NCBI GenBank assembly: GCA_031274285.1
Contig: JAISQJ010000151.1
Coordinates: 3,843-67,842, forward strand
Direction: 5' to 3'
Length of the DNA stretch: 64,000 nucleotides
Source of the DNA: Treponema sp.
Lineage (GTDB): Bacteria; Spirochaetota; Spirochaetia; Treponematales; Breznakiellaceae
Part shown: positions 34,525 to 42,709 of the stretch, piece by piece
Layout of the letters: each line of letters begins with the position of its first letter
How positions within the stretch are numbered: position 1 is the stretch's first letter
Program-made: the position numbers and the translations under genes
The notes under the pieces: generated by a model
The model's database searches: none
What the model saw: the letters and a program-made list of their open reading frames with translations, nothing else
What the model was told of the DNA's origin: nothing

Positions 34525-34575
34525 AGCCGCTTCTCCGTGCTATCATTGTAGGGAAGACCGATACTAAATTCCAGG

Positions 34576-35382
34576 ATGGCTGCGATGCGGAAAGTGTTCA
34601 TCGTCTTACTTATCCTCCTTGCCCTGGGCGGGGCGGGTTTCTTTTTCGGCTGGGCCCAGATGGACCTGGTCCCCGGTTCCTACGGGGTTATGCGTTCCAA
34701 GACCCACGGTATCGATGCCGCCCTGATCCGGGAAGGGGAATTCCGCTGGGTGTGGTACAAGCTGATCCCCTCCAACGTGACGATCCAGGTCTACCGGCCG
34801 GTCCGGGTGGAACGGACCGTGAATCACCGGGGGACCCTGCCCTCCTCCGACGTGTATACCGGCTTTGCCGGGGTAGCGGCGGATTTTTCCTACGAATTCA
34901 GCGCGGTCCTGTCTTTTAGTATCGGAGCGGAATCTCTTATTCCCCTTATCGGGGAGCGGAACATCAGCGGCCAGGAGGAGCTTGAGGCCTACGCCGAGGC
35001 CCTGGGGGAGGAACTGGAGGCCGCGGCCCTGGGGGCCCTGCGGCGGCTGGGGGAAGACGGGGAAGAAGTGAGGGCCATCCTGGAAACCGGGTCCAGCGCT
35101 GCGCTGGAGGGGGAACTCCGCTCGGCCTTCCCCTACGCGGATGACCTGGAGTGCCGGATTCCGGCGATCCGGTTCCCCGACTTTGAACTCTACTCCCGGC
35201 TCCGGGGCCTCTACACCGATTACCTTAACAGCCAGCGGGAGTACCTGGCCAGGGCCCTGGACGGAGGATCGGAGCGGCAGATCGATTCCCGGTTCCGCAT
35301 GGACGAACTTGCCCGCTACGGCGAACTTTTGACCCGGTACCCGGTATTGCTGGAATACCTGAAGCTGGAAGGGTCAAGGTAA
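34576..35382 (+). CDS. Membrane-anchored hypothetical protein (possibly SPFH/band-7-like)
   Basis: N-terminal TM helix VFIVLLILLALGGAGFFFGW, then VPGSYGVMRSKTHG. The helical C-terminal half is Glu/Leu-rich. The domain guess is weak. Confidence 0.55.
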   Translation: MAAMRKVFIVLLILLALGGAGFFFGWAQMDLVPGSYGVMRSKTHGIDAALIREGEFRWVWYKLIPSNVTIQVYRPVRVERTVNHRGTLPSSDVYTGFAGVAADFSYEFSAVLSFSIGAESLIPLIGERNISGQEELEAYAEALGEELEAAALGALRRLGEDGEEVRAILETGSSAALEGELRSAFPYADDLECRIPAIRFPDFELYSRLRGLYTDYLNSQREYLARALDGGSERQIDSRFRMDELARYGELLTRYPVLLEYLKLEGSR

Positions 35383-35391
35383 CCCCGGTGC

Positions 35392-35706
35392 AACGGCAGT
35401 TAAACGTATGGAGGATACACCCGTTCCCTACCTGCCGCGTAAGAAAAAACGGCGCCTGGCACCCCATCCGCCAGCCGGATGGCGGGGACACCCCCAAGCC
35501 GGACCCGCTTGCGGCTGCGCCGCTTCGGTCAAGTGTCCGCCTTGGGGGGCCCCCCGCCATCCCCCTTGCATGTGCGGTGTCAGGCGCCGTTTTCCAGTAC
35601 CAGCGCCGGGGATTTATTTCGGGTGTATCCTCCCTAGCATCACGCAGGCCGTTGCCCTGGACCTTGATCGCGGGGAAGCGGGGAAAAAACAGCTATGCGG
35701 TATTCA
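35392..35706 (+). repeat. Copy B (long form) of the structured repeat family
   Basis: Aligns along most of its length with 40068-40386. Outer helix: GGCGCCTGGCACC (35451-35463) with GGTGTCAGGCGCC (35576-35588), flanked by an A-run and a T-run. The core hairpin at 35481-35557 is shared with copy A. Confidence 0.85.
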
Positions 35707-35830
35707 GCTTGCGATGAGGGAAGAATTGAAGACAGGGCCAGGGGCAAATGCTTTTCCCTTGAAGTAACCCCCCGGTTTTACCGTTTGTTGTACTATGGAA
35801 AACCATCCCGATAGGGTATATAGGAGTACC

Positions 35831-36469
35831 ATGAAATTTCGCCTCGTATTCGGAGTGTTAGCGCTGTGTATGGGTTTAAGCCCCCTGGCCGCCCAGGACG
35901 GGGATTGGAACGACGAGCCCGGCGAGGAAGTGCCGGCGGATGACTGGTCCGGCTTTATGCCGAGCCTCTATTCCCGGGGGGATCAGGCCTTCGGCATTTC
36001 ATTCGGCGTGGTGGTGCCCACCCTGTTCACCGGTTCCGGCGGGGAGATTTTACCCCGGAACATCATCATCGGCGGTACCGGCTCCCTGTCCTACGATTAC
36101 TTTTTGGGGTCCAACTTTTTTGTGGGTGGGGAATTGCAGGGCATGTTCGCCTCCACCCTGGGGGACCACATGCTCTTTATCATCCCCATTACCCTACGGG
36201 CGGGCTACCAGTTTATAGCGGGGCGTTTTGAATTCCCCCTGTCCCTGGGCCTTGGGGTGGCGCCCCAGCAGTTCAGGACCTCCAAGAGCTACGGCTATGC
36301 GGGGTTCTTCGTCAAGCCCAGGGTTTCGGCCTTTTTTCGGTTTAACCCCGACTGGTCCTTTGGGATAAACACGGCCTGGTGGTGGGTTCCCCAGATAACC
36401 AGGAACTCCAGCGATTCGGTCCACGGTCACTTCTTTGAAGCCACCCTGGCGGTCCGGTATCATTTTTAA
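35831..36469 (+). CDS. Outer-membrane beta-barrel protein (OmpA-like barrel / porin-family fold)
   Basis: AGGAG then ATG. Signal peptide MKFRLVFGVLALCMGLSPLAAQ. Alternating hydrophobic pattern and C-terminal ...LAVRYHF. Confidence 0.75.
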   Translation: MKFRLVFGVLALCMGLSPLAAQDGDWNDEPGEEVPADDWSGFMPSLYSRGDQAFGISFGVVVPTLFTGSGGEILPRNIIIGGTGSLSYDYFLGSNFFVGGELQGMFASTLGDHMLFIIPITLRAGYQFIAGRFEFPLSLGLGVAPQQFRTSKSYGYAGFFVKPRVSAFFRFNPDWSFGINTAWWWVPQITRNSSDSVHGHFFEATLAVRYHF

Positions 36470-36482
36470 GCAAGGTAGCTAC

Positions 36483-37700
36483 ATGCGATTTTTTAACACG
36501 AACGGCCATTTCCGCTCTTTCGGCCTTGGATGCCTGGGGGCGCTGCTCCTGGCGGCCCTGCTCCCCGCCTGCACCCAGGACCCGATTTTTGCCATGATCG
36601 CCCGGGAAGTAAAGCCCAGGGAGCCCCAGATTAAGGGGGTGCCCACCAAGATGGTGGTCTTTGAATACGGTTCACAAAAGGCCGTGTTTGTGGGGGCCTC
36701 CTCCCTGCACCGCTACATACAGGTGAACGGGCAGGCGGTCTGGGACTCGGCCATTCCCCAGCCGCCGGGAAAGATCATCGATCTGGCGGCCACCGAAAAC
36801 TATCTCTACGCCCTGACCAACGCGGACTCCCCGGCGCTCTACCGCCTGGGGAAGCAGGCCCCCATCTGGGAACAGGTCAGCTTTCCCCATGCCGATTTTC
36901 CCCGGCTCCAGGCAATCTACGGGGCCGTCGATGACAAGGGCATGCCCCTGTCCGATTACATCTTTGTGGGAAGTCTAGCCAATTCCCTGGGCAAGGACGA
37001 CCGGACGGACTACGCGGTGTACCGGGCCAAAGACAGCGGCGGCGCGGCTCTATCTTTTACCGCCCTCAAAGAGGGGACCTCCCTCTTAAGCGGCGCGGCC
37101 TATGACGGAAACAACTACTACTTTTCTACCAAGGGGGACGGGGTCTACTGGCTTGGCGGCTCATCTCCGGTCATGGTTACCGGCAAAGAGAATGTGCGGG
37201 GCATGATCCGGGTGGATTCGTCGATTCTGGCCCTCTGCTACGGCGGGGACATCCTGAAGATCGACGGCACGGGCTCCACCGTGCTGAACAGTACCGGCAC
37301 CGGCCACTACCTGAGGGGCCCCGCGGCGGTCTACAGGACGGCGAACGGCCAGCGGACCCGCCTCTTAACGGCGGTCATCGCCAGGGATTCCTACAGCAAC
37401 ACCTACGGGTACCGGGAGATCGATATAACGACCGGCCCCATCCTCAGTTCCGTGCCCGGCGAGATTATCCTGCTGGAACCGGGAACCCCCCCCTACGGCA
37501 CCATGGACGATGTCAACCGTTACCGGGACACCATCGAACCCAAGCCCGTGAACGCCATATTCCAGGTTCCCTCCGACATCGATCCCGAGATGACCTTGTT
37601 CGCCTCGATCCAGGGCACGGGGACCATGAAGAACGACACCGACGGCGGTCTCTGGTCCTACAGGGCCAGGGAGGGCGGCTGGCAGTGGAACGCGGAGTAA
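36483..37700 (+). CDS. Lipoprotein, probable beta-propeller-like, unknown function
   Basis: Lipobox LLAALLPAC after MRFFNTNGHFRSFGLGCLGA. The track start at 36435 overlaps the upstream gene. Confidence 0.65.
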   Translation: MRFFNTNGHFRSFGLGCLGALLLAALLPACTQDPIFAMIAREVKPREPQIKGVPTKMVVFEYGSQKAVFVGASSLHRYIQVNGQAVWDSAIPQPPGKIIDLAATENYLYALTNADSPALYRLGKQAPIWEQVSFPHADFPRLQAIYGAVDDKGMPLSDYIFVGSLANSLGKDDRTDYAVYRAKDSGGAALSFTALKEGTSLLSGAAYDGNNYYFSTKGDGVYWLGGSSPVMVTGKENVRGMIRVDSSILALCYGGDILKIDGTGSTVLNSTGTGHYLRGPAAVYRTANGQRTRLLTAVIARDSYSNTYGYREIDITTGPILSSVPGEIILLEPGTPPYGTMDDVNRYRDTIEPKPVNAIFQVPSDIDPEMTLFASIQGTGTMKNDTDGGLWSYRAREGGWQWNAE

Positions 37701-37742
37701 CAGGGCAACAGCCTTTACGCATACAAGGGTCCGGGGGACCGG

Positions 37743-40064
37743 GTGAGTGATCTCTTTACCGGAGCGGCGGAGGGTTCCGGCCCCCTGGCGGACCGGATGC
37801 GGCCCCAAACTCTGGAAGACATTGTGGGGCAGGATCACATCGTGGGGCCGGGGCGGCTCCTGCGGCGGGCCATCCAGGCGGACCGGCTTTCCTCGATCAT
37901 CTTTTACGGCCCCCCGGGCACGGGAAAAACCAGCCTGGCCAGGGTTATCGCCAACACCACCAGGGCGGCCTTTGAGAGCCTGAACGCGGTGCTGGCGGGG
38001 ATTAAGGACATCCGGGAGGCCATAGACCGTTCCGACGAGCGGCGGCGGCTCTACGGCCGCAGGACCATCCTCTTTGTGGACGAGGTCCACCGCTGGAACA
38101 AGGCCCAGCAGGACGCGCTGCTCCCCTGGGTGGAGAACGGCACGGTGATCCTGGTGGGGGCCACCACGGAAAACCCCTTTTTTGAGGTGAACCGGGCCCT
38201 GGTAAGCCGGAGCCGGGTGTTTCAGCTTAAACCCCTCAGCAAAGAGGACCTGCTGGAAACCGCGCACCGCTGTCTGGGGGACCGGGACCGGGGTTACGGC
38301 AAGTGGCGGGTGGTTTTTGAGGAGGGGGCCCTGGAACACCTGGTGGAGGTTGCCGGCGGGGACGCTAGAAGCCTCCTCAATGCCATGGAACTGGCCGTAG
38401 AGACCAGCGCCTGGGTTAGCCCCGCGGGCGCTCCCCCTGCCGGAACTTCCCAGACCGGGATCGAAGCTTCCCCTGGGGTTTCCCAGGCCGGAGCTTCCCC
38501 CGGCAAGGGGCCCGGCCCCCAGTTTCCCGAAGGGGCGGAGATCCGCATCTCCCTGGAAGCGGCGGAGGAGAGCATACAGCGGCGGGCCCTGCTCTACGAC
38601 CGGGACGGGGACTACCACTTTGACACCATCAGCGCCTTTATCAAGAGCGTCAGGGGCAGCGATCCGGACGGGGCCCTCTACTGGCTTGCCAAGATGATCC
38701 GGGCCGGGGAGGACCCGCATTTCATTTTCCGCCGGATGATCATCCTGGCCGGGGAGGACGTGGGCCTGGCGGACCCCAACGCCATCTGTGTGGTCAGCGC
38801 CTGCGCCCAGGCCTTCGACCGTATCGGTTTTCCCGAGGGGAATTTCCCCCTGGTGGAGGCCTGCCTCTACCTGGCCACTGCGCCCAAGTCCAATTCGGCC
38901 CTTAACTTCTTCGACGTGCTGAAGGAGGTCGAGAAGGAGGACGCGGAGGTGCCCAACCATCTGCGGGACGCCAGCCGGGACGGGGAAAGTTTCGGCCACG
39001 GGGAGGGCTACCTCTACCCCCACGCGTACCGGGACCACTGGGCGGCCCAGCAATACCTTCCCTCCAGCCTGGCGGGGAAGCTGTTCTACATGCCCAGTCG
39101 ATCGGGCTACGAGGGTAAAATCCGGGAGGAGGTCTTGCGGAAGCGGGAACTCCAGGCCGCCATTATCCTGGGGGACGAGAAGCCGGGGGACGGGGAGGCC
39201 CTTACCTGGTCCGCCACCGCCAAGGGCCGGGAAGGCTGGTTTAAGCGCCTGGAATCCGGCCGCAGCGGCCTGTTGCTGGCGGACCGGGACCGGATCCTGG
39301 GGGCGCTGAAGATCAGGCGCCATGACCGGATCCTTATCGCCAACGGCGACGACGGGCTTTTGCTGTGGGAAAGCCTGCGCCGGGCCCCGGAGGGGCTCTG
39401 CGTCTGCCTGGTGGAGAGCGGGCGGGCCCGGGATACCCTGCTCCGCTTTTCCGAAGCCCTGGACGAGGTGGAACAGCCCCGGATTGCGGTGCATTCAGGG
39501 GAGCTGGGTCTCCCGGCGGGCCCCGGAGAGGCTGAGCAGTTCGGTACGCCGGTCTTTGACCATATCGCCGCCAGGGAGCCCTGGCGCCGCTTTCCCAGGA
39601 ACGCGGCCCCCGCATGGTTCCGGCTTTTCGCGGACCGGGCCTTCGCGCTCCTGGCCGGCGGGGGCGGCGTGGCCCTGCTGCAGTCGCCCCCGGTTTTGGG
39701 GCAGCGAATCTCCGGCCTTATCGCCGGCCGGGAGTTGGGGGAACGGCTGGGCCGGGCGGAGGAGGCCTTTTTCTCCGGGGATCCGGCGCTTTCCTGGGAC
39801 GCCGCGGCCCTGGAGGAGGCATTTTCCGGGGCCGACTTTGAAACCGAGGTGGAAGTCATTGACCAGAAGGAGGACCGGCTTATCACCGCCGGGGACCTGG
39901 GCCTCTGGTTCGACGCTTCCCGGTCCCGCTGGGGGAGCTTTATCGCCGCGGCCCTGGGGGAAGACGAGGTTAAGGCCGTGGAAAACCTGCTGCGGGAGCG
40001 GATTGGCGAGGGGCCGGTAAGCTGGGCCTGGAAGAGTCTGCTCCTCAAGGCCCGAAAGTTATGA
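37743..40064 (+). CDS. rarA: Replication-associated recombination protein A (RarA/MgsA AAA+ ATPase) with an internal low-complexity insertion and a C-terminal extension of about 300 aa
   Basis: [69 protein letters not shown], then the MgsA C-terminal region ([35 protein letters not shown]). The extension begins around [13 protein letters not shown] start. Confidence 0.88.
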   Translation: MSDLFTGAAEGSGPLADRMRPQTLEDIVGQDHIVGPGRLLRRAIQADRLSSIIFYGPPGTGKTSLARVIANTTRAAFESLNAVLAGIKDIREAIDRSDERRRLYGRRTILFVDEVHRWNKAQQDALLPWVENGTVILVGATTENPFFEVNRALVSRSRVFQLKPLSKEDLLETAHRCLGDRDRGYGKWRVVFEEGALEHLVEVAGGDARSLLNAMELAVETSAWVSPAGAPPAGTSQTGIEASPGVSQAGASPGKGPGPQFPEGAEIRISLEAAEESIQRRALLYDRDGDYHFDTISAFIKSVRGSDPDGALYWLAKMIRAGEDPHFIFRRMIILAGEDVGLADPNAICVVSACAQAFDRIGFPEGNFPLVEACLYLATAPKSNSALNFFDVLKEVEKEDAEVPNHLRDASRDGESFGHGEGYLYPHAYRDHWAAQQYLPSSLAGKLFYMPSRSGYEGKIREEVLRKRELQAAIILGDEKPGDGEALTWSATAKGREGWFKRLESGRSGLLLADRDRILGALKIRRHDRILIANGDDGLLLWESLRRAPEGLCVCLVESGRARDTLLRFSEALDEVEQPRIAVHSGELGLPAGPGEAEQFGTPVFDHIAAREPWRRFPRNAAPAWFRLFADRAFALLAGGGGVALLQSPPVLGQRISGLIAGRELGERLGRAEEAFFSGDPALSWDAAALEEAFSGADFETEVEVIDQKEDRLITAGDLGLWFDASRSRWGSFIAAALGEDEVKAVENLLRERIGEGPVSWAWKSLLLKARKL

Positions 40065-40067
40065 TCC

Positions 40068-40386
40068 ACGGCAGCGTTTACGCTTATGGAGGCTGTACCC
40101 GGTTAGACCTACCCGCCGCAGATGAATAAGAAAAACCGGCGCCTGGCACCCCATCCGCAAGCCGGACGGCGGGGACATCCCCAAGCCGGTCACGCTCGCG
40201 GCTGCGCCGCTTCGGTCAAGTGGCCGTCTTGGGGGCCTCCCCGCCGTCCCACCGGCATGTTTGGCGTCAGACGCCGCTTTCCGGCATCAGCGCCGGGGAT
40301 TTATTTCGTGTATATCCCCTATGACTGCAAGGGCTGCTGCCCTGGGCTTTTCATGGGGAAGCGAGGCAATTGGGGCGGTACTGAAA
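40068..40386 (+). repeat. Copy C (long form) of the structured repeat family
   Basis: Collinear with 35392-35706. Core hairpin at 40168-40243. Outer helix: GGCGCCTGGCACC (40138-40150) with GGCGTCAGACGCC (40263-40275). Confidence 0.85.
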
Positions 40387-40483
40387 GCCTGTCTATAAAT
40401 ACTATTGCCCTGGAAACAGGGATTCCCGGCTTGCGGGGACCGGAAAATTTCCCTATGCTGGACCTTAACTGAAAGGAGTTTCT

Positions 40484-41737
40484 ATGAAAACCCGGACCTT
40501 TCCTGCCCTTCTTTTAGCCGCAATGCTCTGCTCCTGCCCCTCCACGGACAGCGGCGGGCCCATCGATACCTCCGATCCCGGAAGCGTGGCCCCGGATGAG
40601 CCGCTTGACGTGGACAGCGCGCTCTGGTTTTCCGAGCTATACAAGGGGCTCAGTACGAGTGATAATAAAACCCGCAGTAATGTTTGCGATGCAATAAATG
40701 CTGCCTTTAGCCCAAACCTAAGCCTGACGGCGGATAACGGAGCAGCCAATGCGGACTGTGCGTATCTCCTCACCATGATTGACGAGGCCAACAAACAGCG
40801 GGGCTGGGAAACAAGTTATCGATCGAGCGTCTATGCCACTAATGAAATAGTTGACGGGACTACCCTTACCGCTGCGGTTGATTTTATATTCGGCAAGAAA
40901 TTCGCGGCCCTCTCTTCCGCGTACCACGCGGCCGCTTCGACGGACGGCACAAGCTGGCAGCCGGCGGCCATACCCCGGACCGGGACCTGGCAGGCCCTGG
41001 CCTACGGTAACAATACCTATGCGGCCGTCGCTTCCAGCGCCGGGAAAAGGGCGGTCTACTCCAAAGACGGAGTCACCTGGAAATGGGCGAACCTGCCCTT
41101 TGATTCAAGCTGGCAGGCCCTGGCTTTCGGGGGCGGGAAGTTCGCAGCCCTGGCCTCCTACAGCGATAAGGCGGCCTATTCCGATGACGGCCTTACCTGG
41201 ACCGAGACGGCCATGCCCCTGGCCGCAAGCTGGCGGGCCCTGGCCCACGGGAACGGAAGGTTCGCGGCCCTGGCCACCAACGGCAGCGATGCGGCCGCCT
41301 ATTCGGACGACGGCGTGAACTGGGTCCAGGCAACCCTGCCCGCGGCCCAGAACTGGTCCGCTACGGCCTATGGAAGCGGTACCTTTGCCGCCCTGGCCCT
41401 TAACAGCGCTACGGCGGCCTACTCAACCGACGGCGTTACATGGACGGCGGCAACCCTGCCGGCCGCGGCGAAATGGCGGGGCCTTGCCTATGGAGGCACG
41501 ACATTTGCCGCCATCGCCGAGGACGGTACGGCCGCCTATTCATCGGACGGCATAACCTGGACGGCGGCTTCAACGCCGCCAAGCGGCAAGGGCTGGAGCG
41601 GCGTCAGCTACGGGGATAACAAATTTGTCGCCGTGGGCGATAAACAGACCGCCTATTCCGCCGACGGCACAAGCTGGACGACAGTGACAACCATGCCCGC
41701 GACCGCGGCTTGGCAGGCCGTGGTCTACGGGGAGTAG
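40484..41737 (+). CDS. Lipoprotein with seven tandem repeats of about 37 aa (probable 7-bladed beta-propeller)
   Basis: Lipobox LLAAMLCSC. Seven units of the pattern AAYS.DG.TW....LP....W..LAYG.G.FAA.A (DGTSW, DGVTW, DGLTW, DGVNW, DGVTW, DGITW, DGTSW). Confidence 0.75.
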   Translation: MKTRTFPALLLAAMLCSCPSTDSGGPIDTSDPGSVAPDEPLDVDSALWFSELYKGLSTSDNKTRSNVCDAINAAFSPNLSLTADNGAANADCAYLLTMIDEANKQRGWETSYRSSVYATNEIVDGTTLTAAVDFIFGKKFAALSSAYHAAASTDGTSWQPAAIPRTGTWQALAYGNNTYAAVASSAGKRAVYSKDGVTWKWANLPFDSSWQALAFGGGKFAALASYSDKAAYSDDGLTWTETAMPLAASWRALAHGNGRFAALATNGSDAAAYSDDGVNWVQATLPAAQNWSATAYGSGTFAALALNSATAAYSTDGVTWTAATLPAAAKWRGLAYGGTTFAAIAEDGTAAYSSDGITWTAASTPPSGKGWSGVSYGDNKFVAVGDKQTAYSADGTSWTTVTTMPATAAWQAVVYGE

Positions 41738-41750
41738 GTAAATAATAAAT

Positions 41751-41803
41751 AATAAATAAGAGGTAAGAGGTAAGGAGTCTTCTCTTACTTATTATTTCTT
41801 ATT
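41751..41803. terminator. AT-rich imperfect hairpin between convergent genes (candidate bidirectional terminator)
   Basis: GTAAGAG (41763-41769) pairs with CTCTTAC (41782-41788), extended by imperfect AT-rich arms and followed by a T-run. Confidence 0.45.
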
Positions 41804-41809
41804 TTTTAC

Positions 41810-42199
41810 TTATGATTTCGGGGTCACGTCCTTGCATTTGACGTTGAAGATAGTAAAAAATACCAGCCAGATACGCTGCTTGTAAATCCGGTAACTGTGG
41901 CCGGGAAGGAATTCCTGGGTGATCTGCCCGGTTCCCGGGGAGCCCCCCTCATAATACCTGATCATAAAGGTATGTTCCCCCGGCGGCAGGCTGATGGTAA
42001 CTTTGCTGTCGGCGAAGGCGGGTTTCCATTCCACCGGCTTATTATCATAGAGAATTACCGAGATACTGTTTCTGATCTCCAGGGGGCATAGCAATACCTC
42101 CGGCACATCGTTATCCAGTATCCCCAGGGCGGTGGTACCCACACATCCGCCAAGGGCCAGGGCCGCCAGCGCAAGGACAAGCAGTTCCAGTTTCTTCAT
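41810..42199 (-). CDS. Small lipoprotein, unknown function
   Basis: MKKLELLVLALAALALGGC lipobox. ISLPPGEHTF strand motif. AGGAGA RBS. Confidence 0.7.
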   Translation of the reverse strand: MKKLELLVLALAALALGGCVGTTALGILDNDVPEVLLCPLEIRNSISVILYDNKPVEWKPAFADSKVTISLPPGEHTFMIRYYEGGSPGTGQITQEFLPGHSYRIYKQRIWLVFFTIFNVKCKDVTPKS

Positions 42200-42233
42200 G
42201 GTTCTATCTCCTTAAATTAGTTTTGGGAAAGGC

Positions 42234-42707
42234 TTAACCAAAGAGGCCCGCTCTTTTAAAGCTGTCCGGCTGGTTTTTAAAGGGTATGAATTCCAGGAAG
42301 GTGCCGCCCGTGCGTGTGGCCCAGGCAATGGACCTGATTTTGCCCTCGTATATGCTAACCCCCCATTGACCGTCCTTGGTATCGCCGACAATGGTGTATT
42401 TTTTTTCCCCTTCCAGATGACAGGTAAACTCCATGCCGCGCAGGCGAAACAGGACATTCTCATGGAAGAGTTCGACATCCAGGCCGATAACCGCCTCCCC
42501 CGCGGGAATTACAATGATATTTTGCCACTTTCTGGTAATAGTTATGCCGTTGTAACTTTTTATCGCCCCCGCCAGGAACCAAACCTTCGCTGATTCTTCG
42601 GGAGGGACGCCCTTGTCCCATACCACTGCCGCGGTTGAACAGGAACCCGCCAGCACCAGGATCGCGGCGGCCATAACGATTAACTTTCTCACGATTGCCC
42701 TCCTCAT
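42234..42707 (-). CDS. Small lipoprotein, unknown function (likely distant paralogue of 41810-42199)
   Basis: LIVMAAAILVLAGSC lipobox. IVIPAGEAVI strand motif analogous to its neighbour. Confidence 0.65.
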   Translation of the reverse strand: MRRAIVRKLIVMAAAILVLAGSCSTAAVVWDKGVPPEESAKVWFLAGAIKSYNGITITRKWQNIIVIPAGEAVIGLDVELFHENVLFRLRGMEFTCHLEGEKKYTIVGDTKDGQWGVSIYEGKIRSIAWATRTGGTFLEFIPFKNQPDSFKRAGLFG

Positions 42708-42709
42708 TA

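Noticed and set aside
35408-35767. 119-aa ORF (and its counterpart at 40122-40472) lying across repeat copies B and C with similar translations
   Set aside because: The differences between copies are mostly non-synonymous. Copy C has a stop 6 codons after the equivalent ATG. Copy A carries a 2-nt indel that breaks the frame, while base-paired positions covary. I therefore interpret these as non-coding structured repeats.
37365-39494. 709-aa minus-strand ORF, the second-longest in the region
   Set aside because: It lies antisense to the rarA fusion gene, which has unambiguous AAA+ motifs. Its translation is a Pro/Gly/Arg/Ala-rich string with no motifs, typical of off-frame open reading in GC-rich DNA.
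19661-40386. Possibility that the three repeat copies represent a CRISPR array or a DGR template/variable repeat pair
   Set aside because: The copies are 15 and 5 kb apart, not regularly spaced, and of different lengths. There are no cas genes. There is no reverse transcriptase in the window, and the differences are not adenine-specific.
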